A stretch of 64,000 nucleotides of DNA from Octopus sinensis (GCF_006345805.1 NC_043021.1:23002001-23066000); one strand, 5' to 3'. Shown: positions 25,892-38,995, numbered from the stretch's first letter. Notes: a model not told the origin generated them from the sequence alone. Numbers and translations are program-made.

Positions 25892-25967
25892 ATGACTTAT
25901 ATACAACGCTTCAACTCCTTTGGATATCCTTACACGATCTTCATCGGATTCATGGCAGCTATGAACG
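25892..25967 (+). CDS. Probable first coding exon of an unidentified gene: MTYIQRFNSFGYPYTIFIGFMAAMN + phase-1 intron
   Basis: gccatcATG Kozak-like context; in-frame upstream stop at 25805; unique-sequence island; consensus donor G|GTAAGT at 25968; hydrophobic C-terminal half as in a signal or TM segment. No transcript evidence. Confidence 0.55.
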
Positions 25968-26253
25968 GTAAGTAAAACGCCAAACCGTAACATCCACACG
26001 TGTGGGGGAAACACGTACACGCACGCACACATACACCTACAAACACATACACATACATACACACACATATATATATATAAATATACATATACATATACAA
26101 ATATATGGTGCACGTACATTAAGTTTAGGGCACCATACATACACACGTGTATTATATACATATATATATATATATGTGTGTGGGGGGGTAGTGTGTGAGT
26201 GTGGGTGTGTGTGTATGTGTACGTATGTGTGTGCATAAATATATATACACACA

Positions 26254-26288
<35 letters not shown>

Positions 26289-26303
26289 GTATACACATAT
26301 ACG

Positions 26304-26348
<45 letters not shown>

Positions 26349-27222
26349 ATAGATATATATGTATGTATACATATACATATATATATACACACACATATAT
26401 ATATGTGTGTGTGTACGTATGTATGTATGTATTTAAGAATGCATATGTAGGTACTTATGTGTTTACAAATAAACATGAGCGGAAAATGTAGTATTTATAT
26501 ACAAGCATATATGTATCTGTGTGTGTGTACGTGTGCGTGTATGTGTTTGTGTGTGTGTACGTGTGTGTGTATGTGTCTGTGTGTGCGCCTGTGCATGTAT
26601 GTATATGCATGTGTATAAAGCTTGAGTGCGTTTCTACAGGTATGTAAACAAAACAACATCGTCGTTTCTTTCGATAACATGTAAACTCTTTGTGTGCAAG
26701 TGTGTGTATGTATGTATGTGTGTGTGAGTGTGTAAGTGTGTGCATGCATGTGTGTATGTTTGTATATATCTGGATTCATTCGCGTGTTGTAGATTCCATC
26801 AAAGTCGGTAGTAATTCTTCGAAAAATATTACGTATTAATCTATAAATTATATACAGCTGATTCCATATATATATATATATATATATATATACACGTATA
26901 CATATCAGTGTGTATATAAACTCAATGCATTTTCTGTGTATGGGATGGTAGCGTCTCCTGAAAGTTCTCCGAAAGAGCGGCGAATTCGATGACGGTTCAA
27001 ACCTCGCCGCGGCCCGACGCTTTAGGTCCCACGTTCACTTTCCACACACCTATCATACAAAGCATGAATATAACGACATCTCGTTTCAAATAAAGTACTG
27101 GTTTATCTATCTGTCTGTCTATATTGTCCATCTGTCCCATTATCAATATATGTATCTAAATCTCTATCTATTCATTTATTTTTCTACCCAACTATCCCTC
27201 TGTATACCTAACTAACTATCTA

Positions 27223-27273
<51 letters not shown>

Positions 27274-27274
27274 C

Positions 27275-27306
<32 letters not shown>

Positions 27307-27639
27307 GTATAGATATATGTATTAAGCGATGTTATGGATAACTCTTGTTATATAGAATAGTTTTCGAAACAGAGCTTTATTCGCTTCGATGCCGGTTGCT
27401 TTAGTGTTCCCATCAGCAGCAGATCCAGGTTTGTTCCGAATCTTTATATTCTGCGTTCAAACCTCCCCTGGTCGACTTTGCTTGTCAATCACATAGATCA
27501 CAAATAGTGTCCTGGTTCGATTTGATAATAACTGCAACTATTGCCCCAACTGTGACTCCTCCTACCTCCCCCCCAACCCAAATTGCCTGACTTTATGCGT
27601 GATCGTACCAAGTTGAGTTCAACTCCGTTGTAACTTGGG

Positions 27640-27725
27640 CACGTGTATCTTTCTACAGCCTCGGACCCTCCGAAGCCTTGTGAGTGGCTGTGCTAGACGG
27701 AAACTGAAAGAAGCCCGTCCTGTAC

Positions 27726-27767
<42 letters not shown>

Positions 27768-28030
27768 TTATATTTATATATATTATATCATATATATTTT
27801 TTATTATATTATATTATAATATATTTATGTGTGTCTTTACGTTTGTATTTGTCTCCTGCTACCGCTTGTGAACCGGTGTTGGTTTGCTTGCGTCCCTTTA
27901 AGCTAGCAGTTCGGCAACAAACCATTGCAACTGAGTCAGTAGTATGTTTTTTAAAAAAAAGTAAGTACCTAAATTGATCTGTTCGGTTAAACCCGTCAAT
28001 GAGGTGCCCCAGCACGGCCGCGTTCTCGTA
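27640..28030 (+). mobile_element. Degenerate SINE B with expanded internal microsatellite
   Basis: gccttgtgagtgg...ggaaactgaaagaagcccgtc, then an AT-rich tract, then the tail. Confidence 0.75.
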
Positions 28031-28132
28031 ACTGTAATAAATAAACGATAAAATACTCACAAATATAATATATAACACACAACAACATACATAACACACA
28101 TATACACATATAATATATATATATATATATAT

Positions 28133-28182
<50 letters not shown>

Positions 28183-28737
28183 GTTATGAATGTATGTACG
28201 TATTCATTTAAGTTTATATGTATGTAAACATACAGATATATATATATAGATATATATATATATACCTAAGGATTTAATCGTGTATTCCATATCCTACAAT
28301 CAATGTAGTTTCTGGGATACCCCGTGTTTATCTGTGCTATAGCAACGTCAGAATTCGAACTCGGTAATTCTAGGGACGTAACTACACAACTCAGTCATTC
28401 AACAGGTGTGTATCGTTCGCACAGACGTTCGCACCGTCTTTCCACCTTCCAATTAACTTACACTGGTCCCGGTGATACTTGATGGTAGGTCACAACCGGG
28501 TAACGAACCCCCTTCATGAAGCGGGTGGTCGGTTGGCTTACTTTCGATTGTGCCAAGTGTGGTACCAGGTTTCGAAACGGTTAACGTGTATGTTTCGGGT
28601 ATACAATAATGTTACACTCGTTCATACGGGATGTGAGGGAAGGACAGAAGAAAACAGAGAATCAATGAGTGGGACTATAACAGACAATAAAGGTATATTG
28701 TGTACGTATGTTTGTACAGCACTCTCGCTCTTTATCT

Positions 28738-28781
<44 letters not shown>

Positions 28782-28854
28782 CGTCTTTCTTACGATCTCT
28801 CCTTTCTATTTATGTTGAGGAATCAATAGATAAACAGATTGATAGCCAGACGAT

Positions 28855-28889
<35 letters not shown>

Positions 28890-28891
28890 GC

Positions 28892-28933
<42 letters not shown>

Positions 28934-30780
28934 GTAGGTAGACAGCTAGACATATAGAGAGATAGATAGATAGGTAGCTAGACATATAGATTGATAGATA
29001 GATAGATAGAGAGAGAGACGTAATTACTTTTTGGTGAGGGTGTTAATTCTACAGAGTGAGGCTTGTTTTGCGTCTGATTCTTCAACCGGGTGGCCACACG
29101 CGATTTCGAGTAAGGTAGTTCCTCGTACGGCGCTCAAGGCAATACCCCCGAAATCAATAGCAGCGCCAGTTGAATGGCAATTTGCCGTGAACTACCGTTT
29201 CATGCAGAAGAATTTTGTTTTTCTCCCACAGACACCGACCGATAGCCTAAAAGGTACCTGGTTAAGCACCGGTCGGTCTAATAAGAATTCTTGTGTTCCT
29301 GCGTGTTTGTGGTGGACGTGCGTGTGTGTGTGTGTGTATGAGCGTGTGTCTGGGTGAAAACTTCTCCAGTTGGTCCCGGGTTCAGTTCCACTGCATGGTA
29401 TATTTGGCCGGTGTCTTTCTTATATATATGTCATATATAAGTGTGTGTATGTGTATATATATATATATAATATATATATAATAAAATAATAAATAGAACA
29501 TATGCATATAAACATGCATATATGTACGTACCTACATCTATATGTATATATACATGCATATATGTACGTACCTACATCTATATGTATATATACATGTATA
29601 TATGAGTACAGGACACAAAAAAAAAAACGCCGAACACAATGAGAAACAAAAACATAAAAACAAAACTAAGGAAACGGACATTTCTCTTAAACAACAAAAA
29701 AACAGAGTATATATATATATATACGTGTGTGTGTGTATGAATGGATATATATATATATTTAAATGTATACGATCTGTTTTATATATGATGTAAGGAAATC
29801 TATACAAATATTCGTAAGAAAAAAATAAAAGAAAAAACATTGCCATGGCATAAGTGGACCATTTAAGATAGGTGACCCAAGTATAGACACTTGCCACATG
29901 CATAGATAGATACGTGCATTTCTGCAACACAGTCTCACAAACATGCGCATAAACACGCATGCGCACATGCACATATGCCCCCCACACAGATATGTCCGAT
30001 ACGCAGCGATGAAAAATGTGAAACGTCCTACATTAAGTAATGGCAGACATGTGCAGCCTGCTATCGATGTGAATGTGTGCTTGTGTTTATTGCATATGCA
30101 TATATGCACGGATGCGTATACAGGTGTCTGCCCGTGTGTTTCTTTGCGCGTGTGTATATATCGGTAAATGTGTGCGTGTGTGCGTGTGTGCGTGTGTGTG
30201 TGTCTGTGTTTGTGTCTGTGTGTGCATATGGTTGTGTATATGTGTATGTATTTTTCTATGCATGTTTGAGGTTGTGTGTGGACATATCGCTGTGTGTATA
30301 TGGAGATATCGGTGTATGTGTGTATATGTTTATATCTACATACGTAGAAATCGGTTTATGTGTGTGTGTATGTGTGTGTGTGTATCTGTGCGTGTGTGTG
30401 TGTATGCGTGTGTATGTGCGTGTGTGAGTATGTGTGTGGGCCTGTGTATGCGCGTGTGTATATACCCGTACGAGCTTGTATGTAAGCTTGGATGTGCCGA
30501 TGTTTGTGTGTGTATGTTTATGTGTTTGCGCGTGTGTGTTTATATGTGTGTGTATATATTGCCATGAGTTCGTATATGAGTGTGGACATATCGGAGTATG
30601 TGTGTATGTGTTCATATATACATGCGTAGAAATCAGCGTGTGTATGTGTGTGTGTATGTACTTGTACGTGCATAGATACGTATATCGGTGTGTTAATATG
30701 CGCATGTGCATATACAAGCATATCGGTGATGTGTGTATAAAATGGGTGGCTTGTATGTATGTATGTATGTATGTATGTGG

Positions 30781-30842
<62 letters not shown>

Positions 30843-30844
<2 letters not shown>

Positions 30845-31356
30845 GTTAGTAGGTAGTTAATAGGTCGGTAGGTTGGTGGTAGGTAGTACGAACGTACGGA
30901 CGTAGGTGAGTACACCTGAAACGCATACTCTGTTGGCTGGCTTTCCGGATTGCTGGTCGACCGACGATCCTTCGGCAGGGTGGCTTGAAAGGTAGTTGCC
31001 TGACTAGCTAATGTGTAGGTTCGAGCTGTAGTAATTATCATTGTTTGTCAGCTTAAGGGGTAGTCTCTCTCTGATAATGGGTTTCCCCTCGTGACAACTC
31101 CGTTATAATTGTACCGGTATATCTGAATATTTTAGGCCTTCCATACATTATAACACACACGTCCTATTTAAAGTTCAGAACAATGTCATTTCAACAATTT
31201 TTCGCTGTTATTTTCAGCATGCCTTACGGCTAATTAAACGCTTCTCACTCAGGGTTGTATAGATTGTTGAGTGACGACCGATCAATTTTGACGGTAATTG
31301 TGTGCTTATGTGGTGTGTGTGTGTGTGTGAGTTTATGAACATAGATACTTACATAG

Positions 31357-31388
<32 letters not shown>

Positions 31389-31459
31389 ATCTCTATCGAT
31401 CTATCTACCTGTCTGCCTTATCTATCTATATGTATGTCTGTCTATCTGCCTATGGGTGC

Positions 31460-31529
<70 letters not shown>

Positions 31530-32045
31530 ATGTTAGTAGGTAGTTAAGTAGGTAGGTAGGTTGGTAGGTAGTTACGAACGTACGGACGTAGGTGAGTACA
31601 CCTGAAACGCATACTCTGTTGGCTGGCTTTCCGGATTGCTGGTCGACCGACGATCCCTTCGGCAGGGTGGCTTGAAAGGTAGTTGCCTGACTAGCTAATG
31701 TGTAGGTTCGAGCTGTAGTAATTATCATTGTTGTTCAGCTTAAGGGGTAGTCTCTCTCTGATAATGGGTTTCCCCTCGTGACACTCCCGTTATAATTGTA
31801 CCGGTATATCTGAATATTTTAGGCCTTCCATACATTATAACACTACACGTCCTATTTAAAGTTCAGAACAATGTCATTTCAACAATTTTTCGCTGTTATT
31901 TCTAGCATGCCTTACGGCTAATTAAACGCTTCTCACTCAGGGTTGTATAGATTGTTGAGTGACCGATCAGATTTTGACGGTAATTGTGTGCTTATGTGTG
32001 TGTGTGTGTGTGTGTGTGAGTTTATGAACATAGATACTTACATAG

Positions 32046-32077
<32 letters not shown>

Positions 32078-32150
32078 TTATCTCTATCGATCTATCTACC
32101 TGTCTGCCTTATCTATCTATATGTATGTCTGTCTATCTGCCTATGGGTGC

Positions 32151-32220
<70 letters not shown>

Positions 32221-32734
32221 ATGTTAGTAGGTAGTTAAGTAGGTAGGTAGGTTGGTAGGTAGTTACGAACGTACGGACGTAGGTGAGTACACCTGAAACG
32301 CATACTCTGTTGGCTGGCTTTCCGGATTGCTGGTCGACCGACGATCCCTTCGGCAGGGTGGCTTGAAAGGTAGTTGCCTGACTAGCTAATGTGTAGGTTC
32401 GAGCTGTAGTAATTATCATTGTTGTTCAGCTTAAGGGGTAGTCTCTCTCTGATAATGGGTTTCCCCTCGTGACACTCCCGTTATAATTGTACCGGTATAT
32501 CTGAATATTTTAGGCCTTCCATACATTATAACACTACACGTCCTATTTAAAGTTCAGAACAATGTCATTTCAACAATTTTTCGCTGTTATTTCTAGCATG
32601 CCTTACGGCTAATTAAACGCTTCTCACTCAGGGTTGTATAGATTGTTGAGTGACCGATCAGATTTTGACGGTAATTGTGTGCTTATGTGTGTGTGTGTGT
32701 GTGTGTGAGTTTATGAACATAGATACTTACATAG

Positions 32735-32766
<32 letters not shown>

Positions 32767-32839
32767 TTATCTCTATCTATCTATCTACCTGTCTGCCTTA
32801 TCTATCTATATGTATGTCTGTCTATCTGCCTATGTGTGC

Positions 32840-32905
<66 letters not shown>

Positions 32906-32950
32906 GTATGTCTGTCTCTCTATCTATCCATCCATCCATCCCTCCGTCTA
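30843..32950. repeat. Tandem triplication of a unit of about 690 bp bounded by (TCTA)n
   Basis: atgttagtagg starts at 30843, 31530 and 32221; copies 2 and 3 look essentially identical in their unique part. Confidence 0.97.
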
Positions 32951-33160
32951 TCTATTTATCGATCTACCTCTATCTATCTATAAATATAGAATGATATTGT
33001 AACCAGGAGGTGACTATCACATTCTTTTAAAGCCGGTAATATGTGATCTGGGATAACTTTGGCTCTTACCGCGAACCCTTGGAATCGGAGAGACTATACT
33101 GCATTCTTACGTTTGGGTCGAAAGAAAGATTGAAAGTGAGACAGAGAGAGGGATAGAGAA

Positions 33161-33217
<57 letters not shown>

Positions 33218-33659
33218 GGAGGCGCCTATTTATGTAGTGAGTATACGTATGCGAGCAGGTTAAGCGGTACCAAGTTCGATTCTAGTTTAATTTTCAAAGT
33301 TTGTTATGTTTCCTAAATACAGTTTTCAGGGTCCGGCGCTCTTCTTGAGTGAACGGTAGTCGTTCTGATGATGAAAGAGTTCGTTCAGTCTGCGAAGCGT
33401 GGCTTTAGAATTCATTACATCACAGTACTGTATAAAACAACAGGCCCCGGCTAAATATCCCACTAAAATGTTATGGGTAACTTTATACAGACGCACACTC
33501 GTATATGCATATGTGTATATGTACGGTTTTGTGTAAGGGGTAGGAATGAGTTCGGATGCAAACACACATACACATACAAGCACATATATTTTCTATTTGG
33601 TGGTTTTGCCTGTTCCAGACGGGACAACCTGTTAACTGTAATGATACACACACAGATAT

Positions 33660-33917
33660 CTTTTTTTTTGCGCCCTTTTAAAGCCTAGCCAGGCTCATGG
33701 GCCCGGTTTCTCGATTTCTATGGCGTATGTGTTCCCCAGCTGGACGGGACGCCAGTCCATCGCAGCGTTACTCCCTTTTGGCCAGCTGAGTGGACTGGAG
33801 CAACGTGAAATGAAGTGTTTTGCTCAAGAACACAACGCGTTGCCCGGTCCAGAAATCTAAACCACAATCTTACGAGCATGGTGTTGACACCCTAATCACT
33901 AAGCCACTCGCCTCCAC
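33660..33917 (-). mobile_element. SINE family D (CORE-like body) with 14-bp TSD
   Basis: acacacacagatat at 33646-33659 and 33918-33931; tRNA-like head on the minus strand. Confidence 0.88.
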
Positions 33918-34269
33918 ACACACACAGATATATGTACGGGTATATATACACTAGGAAGATTGGCACTCGGTCGTTTGCGACAAGGGTGCCAGCTGATTCA
34001 AACAACGGTGCAGCCAGTACGCGGTGAGGGTGGGTGTATAGGAGAGCGGAGCAGATGTTTCAATGCATATCTAGGATTTTGACCAAGGGTTTTCAAAATC
34101 ATTAAAATAAATGCTAGATTGTAATTAATTTCTTTATGAATGTGGATCTGCTGTCAGAGAAACGGTTTCGTTTCAACCCGTAACTTTTCCTTCTTCCTTG
34201 GTTGTGTATATCTATGGATGTACGTGTGGGACATGAATGAAATCGCGTGGATCTGTACAAACACACATG

Positions 34270-34547
34270 TTGTTGTTTGTTTCCGGCTCATAAGGGTCGA
34301 GTTGCCGGTTTCATTGGCGTATAGGTTCGCCACCTGGACGGGTCGCCGGTCCATCTCAGTTGGGCTGCTAGATACAGGAGGTAAGAGTGAGAGAAAGTTG
34401 TGACGAAAGAGTCAGCAGAAGTTTGCAATTACCTTCTGCTGGAGCCGCGTAGAGCTTAGGTGTTTCGCTCAAATCACACACACACATCGCCCGGTCTGAG
34501 ATTCGAACATGCAATCCCTCAGCCGCGAGTCCGCTGCACTAGCCACT
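34270..34547 (-). mobile_element. SINE with family C head/body and the 33660-type tail
   Basis: gagtgagagaaagttgtg body joined to a ggctcat...tggcgtat...ctggacggg tail. Confidence 0.8.
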
Positions 34548-34814
34548 TAAAAATAAATGCTAGATAGTAATTAATTTCTGTATGAATTTGGATCTGCCGT
34601 CAGCGAAACGGTTTCGGTTCAACCTGTACCGCTTCTTTGGTTGTGTATATGTACGGGTGTGTGTAAGGTGTATGAATGAGATCAGGTGCAAGCAACATAC
34701 ACACACACAAGTACATATATTTCCTATTTGGTGGTTTTGCCGGTTCCAGACGGCTCAACTTGTTAACAGTAATCATATACGCACAGATATATCTACGCGT
34801 ATACACAGAGAAGA

Positions 34815-35140
34815 TTGACACTCCGTCGGTTGCGACGATGAGGGTACCAGCTGATCCTACCAACGGAACAGCCAGCTCGTGAAATTAACATGCGAGTGGC
34901 TGAGCACTCCACAGGCATGCGTACACTTAAGGTAGTTCTCAGGGTAATTCAGGGTGACACAGACTGTGACAAGACTGCCCATTTGAACTACAGGTACTTA
35001 TTCATATTTGCCAGCTGAGTGAACTGCAGCAACGTGAAATAAAGCGTCTTGATCAACGATGTAACGCGACACCAACAATCGAAATCAAGACCGTACGGTC
35101 GTGAATCGGACAGTCTGAACACTACACCACCAAACCACGT
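34815..35140 (-). mobile_element. SINE family D, long-tail variant
   Basis: gccagctgagtgaactgcagcaacgtgaaataaag body; tail ending ...gacggagtgtca. Confidence 0.8.
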
Positions 35141-35155
35141 GGGTTTACAAAGTTC

Positions 35156-35189
<34 letters not shown>

Positions 35190-35500
35190 TTGGAGGCCCA
35201 ATGGCCCAGTGGTTAGGGCAGCGGGCTCGCGGTTGTACGATCGCGGTTTCGATTCCCAGACCGGGTTTCCTGAGTGTTTATTGAGCGAAAAACACCTAAA
35301 GCTCCACGTCGCTCCGGCAGGTGGTGGTAGCGATCCCTGTTGTACTCTTTCACCACAACTTTCTCTCACTCTTTCTTCCGTTGGCCTGTACGCTTAGCCA
35401 GCGGGGTGGCATCGTTTGAAGGCTAAAACAATGCAAAGCGCATTGTGACCAGCGATGTGTAGCAACATCTGATAGCCTGGTCAGTCACGGTGATCCCGGT
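35190..35500 (+). mobile_element. SINE family C full-length
   Basis: tggaggcccaatggcccagtggttagggcagcgg... to ...gcctggtcagtcacggtgatc. Confidence 0.92.
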
Positions 35501-35568
35501 GATATATATATATAGAGAGAGAGAGATATAGATATAGATATAGACATACACACACACACACACATACA

Positions 35569-35815
35569 CACTATTGTGCAAAATTAAGTATACAGTATGA
35601 AAAAGAAATCACGTACAATACTCATTCATTTTTATGAAAAAATCTAAAAGTTTCCTTCATATTTATTATTTTCACTGTCATTCATCGCAGAAATTCATTT
35701 ATCAAAACTATAATAATACTTTTATCGAAACTTTTATATATTTTTTTGATGAAAAATATATGAGTATCGTACGTGTTTTCTTTTTTTAATAACTGTCTAC
35801 TTACTTTTGCGCCCG

Positions 35816-35817
<2 letters not shown>
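35569..35817. mobile_element. Tc1/mariner-type MITE (about 250 bp) with long imperfect TIRs
   Basis: The left arm gcaaaattaagtatacagtatgaaaaagaaatcacgtacaatactcat pairs with the right arm atgagtatcgtacgtgttttc...actgtctacttacttttgc. Confidence 0.72.
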
Positions 35818-35890
<73 letters not shown>

Positions 35891-36479
35891 CCACATATAT
35901 TTGTGTGTATGTATATAGTACAAATTTACAGAAAACAAAAGACGAAGACAGGTGCGAGAACAAGACAGGTGTACTAGTTTGACGCCATACACACACACAT
36001 ATATATATATATATTTATATACATATATGCATGTATGTATAAGTGTATATATGCATGCAACTGTGTGTGTGTGTGTGTGTTTTCTTTGCGATTTATTTTT
36101 TCTTATGGATAATTGAAGCTGGCTACAAACCAAGTAGGAAGACTCCTTTGTTTTATTAAGTGCTGGGGATTTGTTTGTCGTCTGAATTGGTTAGTGTGTA
36201 TGTGTGTATATATGTATGTTCTGCTCATAGATAGCTTACCTGTGTGCGTGGTGGATGTGCGCTTCGCTTTAATTGTATGTGTATGTATGAATGGATATAT
36301 GCATGTAAGAGTGCACGTTTGTATATATGTATGTATGATGTATGTAGGTAGGAAAGTACGAAGATAGATTGGTGTACCTGTTGGCACGTTTGTAGGTAGG
36401 CAAATATGAGTGCATGTATGGATGTGTGTATATGTGTGTCTGTATGTGTGACCGGCCGGTCCGATATGTTCTTTCCATC

Positions 36480-36960
36480 TAAGGCGATGAGCTGGCAGAA
36501 TCGTTAGCACGTCGGGCGAAAAGTACCAGTTACGCACTGGGATCGATGTAAACTACTTAATACCTATGTCTGTCCTTGTTTGATCCCTCTATGTTTAGCC
36601 CCTTCTGGGTAATAAAGAAATAGATATTTCGTCTGCCGTTACGTTCCCAGTTCAAATTCCGCCGAGGTCGACTTTGCCTTTCATCCTTCCGGAGTCGATT
36701 AAATAAGTACCAGTTACGCACTGGGGTCGATATAATACACTTAACCCCTTTGTCTGTCCTTGTTTGTCCACTCTATGTTTACCCCCTTGTGGGTAGTAAA
36801 GAAATAGGTATTTCGTCTGCTGTTATGTTCCGAGTTCAAAACCCACCGAGTTCAACTTTCCATTTCATCCTTTCGGGGTCGATACATTAAGTACTACTTG
36901 CCTACTGGGGTCGATCTATAACGATTGGCTCCCGCCCCCTAAAATTCGGCACTTACGCCA
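36480..36960 (+). mobile_element. SINE A head-to-tail array (about 3 units)
   Basis: Junctions gaaatagatatttcgtctg (about 36620) and gaaataggtatttcgtctg (about 36808). Confidence 0.9.
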
Positions 36961-37029
36961 AGAGTACAAAAGTAGATGTTCCTTCCATCTAACTTTCCCC
37001 TTTGTACTATTGGATCAAAAGAGGAGACA

Positions 37030-37069
37030 CTGCTGCTGCTGCTACTACTACTACTACTACTACTATTGG

Positions 37070-37104
<35 letters not shown>

Positions 37105-37108
37105 TTGG

Positions 37109-37146
<38 letters not shown>

Positions 37147-37221
37147 TTGGTACTACTACTACTACTACTACTACTACTATTATTATTGGTACTACTACTA
37201 CTACTACTATTGGTACTGCTG

Positions 37222-37257
<36 letters not shown>

Positions 37258-37265
37258 TTGCTGGT
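37030..37265. repeat. (CTA)n array punctuated by TTGGTA
   Basis: Higher-order trinucleotide repeat visible. Confidence 0.93.
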
Positions 37266-37734
37266 ACTGCAATCGGTCGACAGGGACGGTGTAATACCAG
37301 ACTAAGTGGCAAACGCTGTATAGTTTTCTTTTCCCCTGGTTCTGCGTTCAAATCCAACAGGGGATGAACTTTTTGTTTGATCGTTCAGTCGGGTCAATAA
37401 AACAAATCAAACCTCCGGATCGATAGGTTTTGTTTTACTTTCATTTATACAGTTATTTATTTATCTATTTATCTTACTTATTGGTATCGATTATGCTATA
37501 CAGCTCTAGATACAAACGTTTCCCCGTCGAAGAATATGTCGGCTGCCCCCCCCCCATCCCGAATATTCCCGTTGCATAAATGAAAACCATTAGGAACGCT
37601 ATTAACATACTCAGCATCAGGTGTCTTTACATGGTTCATTGAAATGCTAAAAATAGCAGTCAACTCTCCCTCTTTCAACTGGACTAGACTTACGTAACAC
37701 GTGGAAATAAGTATAAAGGATAATGACCTCCAAT

Positions 37735-38130
37735 AGCATCATCATCATCATCATCATCATCATCGTCATCGTCATCATCATTATTATCGTCATCATCATC
37801 ATCGTCGTCGTCGTCGTCGTCACCGTCATCATCACCATCATCGTCATCATCATCACCCTCATCATCATCATCATCATCATCGTCATCGTCATCCTCATTA
37901 TCATCGTCATCGTCGTCGTCATCATCATCATCGTCGTCGTCATCATCATCGTCATCATCATCATCATCGTCATCCTCATTATCATCATCATCGTCGTCGT
38001 CATCATCATCATCATCATCATCATCGTCATCGTCGTCATAATCCTCGTCGTCATCATCATCGTCATCGTTGTCGTCGTCATCATCATCATCATCATCATC
38101 GTCGTCGTCGTCGTCATCATCATCATCATT
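37735..38130. repeat. (ATC/GTC)n tract
   Basis: Visible repeats. Confidence 0.95.
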
Positions 38131-38496
38131 TTAGAATGAACGAAACCATTTTCAGTAGTTTTAGTTGTTGTTGTTGCAAAACTAAATCCGTTCTTTTGTG
38201 CTGCGTATAGAACCGGCAACCTTACAGGATACTTGGCGCGTCGAACAAAATGCTTAGAGACATATTTTCCTGTGGTTCTTTACGCCACAATCTACAAAAT
38301 CTCTCTGAACTTAACTTTGCCTTTCATTGTTTTGGGTTCAGAAACAAAAAAGTACCAGTTAAATACAGGTGCCGGTGCAATCCACTTGTGACCTCCACTC
38401 ATAATTGCTTGCCCTAGGGGTGGGGTCGATAATATAAGAACTAGTCAAATACTGGGAAAGATACAATTGACATTTCCACTCCCCTGGTATTGTTAG

Positions 38497-38570
38497 CCGT
38501 GAACCCTGTCACGACCGTCCCGTTGAGAGTGAATGTTATGTTTTCTGTCATTGTATGCCTTGGAAACCGG
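38497..38570 (+). CDS. Candidate internal exon (phase 1 in, phase 0 out): (A)VNPVTTVPLRVNVMFSVIVCLGNR
   Basis: Acceptor ttccactcccctggtattgttag, donor CGG|GTAAGC; the frame is compatible with the exon at 25892. No homology recognised. Confidence 0.22.
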
Positions 38571-38639
38571 GTAAGCAGCCATATGTGGCCTCCGCGTAAG
38601 AAAACCATTTGTTTCAAAGTCTTGCACAAGGGCATCAAT

Positions 38640-38740
38640 ATCGGGGCAGGGAGTAAGTCGATTACTTCGAACCCAGCAAAGTCGACATCGGTGGGATTTG
38701 AACTCAGAACGTAAAGACGGATGAAATATCGCTAAGCATT
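38640..38740 (-). mobile_element. SINE A fragment
   Basis: aaagtcgacatcggtgggatttgaactcagaacgtaaagacgg. Confidence 0.75.
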
Positions 38741-38772
38741 TTGTTCAACAGTTACAGAAACAGTTACCCAGG

Positions 38773-38995
38773 GAAGGCGGTGAGCTAGCAGAATCGTTAG
38801 CACGTCGGGCGAAATGCTTAGCGGTATTTCGTCTGCCGTTACGTTCTCAGTTCAAATTCCGCCGAGGTCGACTTTGCCTTTCCTGCTTTCGGGGTCGATT
38901 AAATCAGTACCAGTTACGCACTGGGGTCGATATGATCGACTAGGTCCGTTTGTCCTGTCCTTGTTTGTCCCCTCTGTGTGCAGTAAGGAAATAAG
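38773..38995 (+). mobile_element. SINE A copy
   Basis: aaggcggtgagctagcagaatcg...gtaaggaaataagaaata. Confidence 0.9.

Noticed and set aside
25043-26476. 477-aa ORF on the minus strand, the longest in the track
   Set aside because: It is a translation of TA/TG/CT microsatellites (YIYI, SLSL). The real signal here is on the + strand.
26966-27010. Hammerhead-like branched fold gcggcga...gatgacggttcaaacc...tcgccgc
   Set aside because: It lacks CTGANGA and GAAA, so it has no catalytic core.
28540-28595. FDCAKCGTRFRNG, resembling a C2H2 finger start
   Set aside because: A stop follows, there are no His ligands and there is no second finger.
30843-32950. CRISPR-like periodicity here and in the SINE arrays
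   Set aside because: The repeats are long units without unique spacers, there are no cas genes and the context is eukaryotic.
33300-33420. RLPFTQEERRTLKTVF (homeodomain-like, minus strand) and SDDERVRSVCEAWL (mariner-like, plus strand)
   Set aside because: The matches are too short, are bounded by stops and conflict with each other; neither can be supported.
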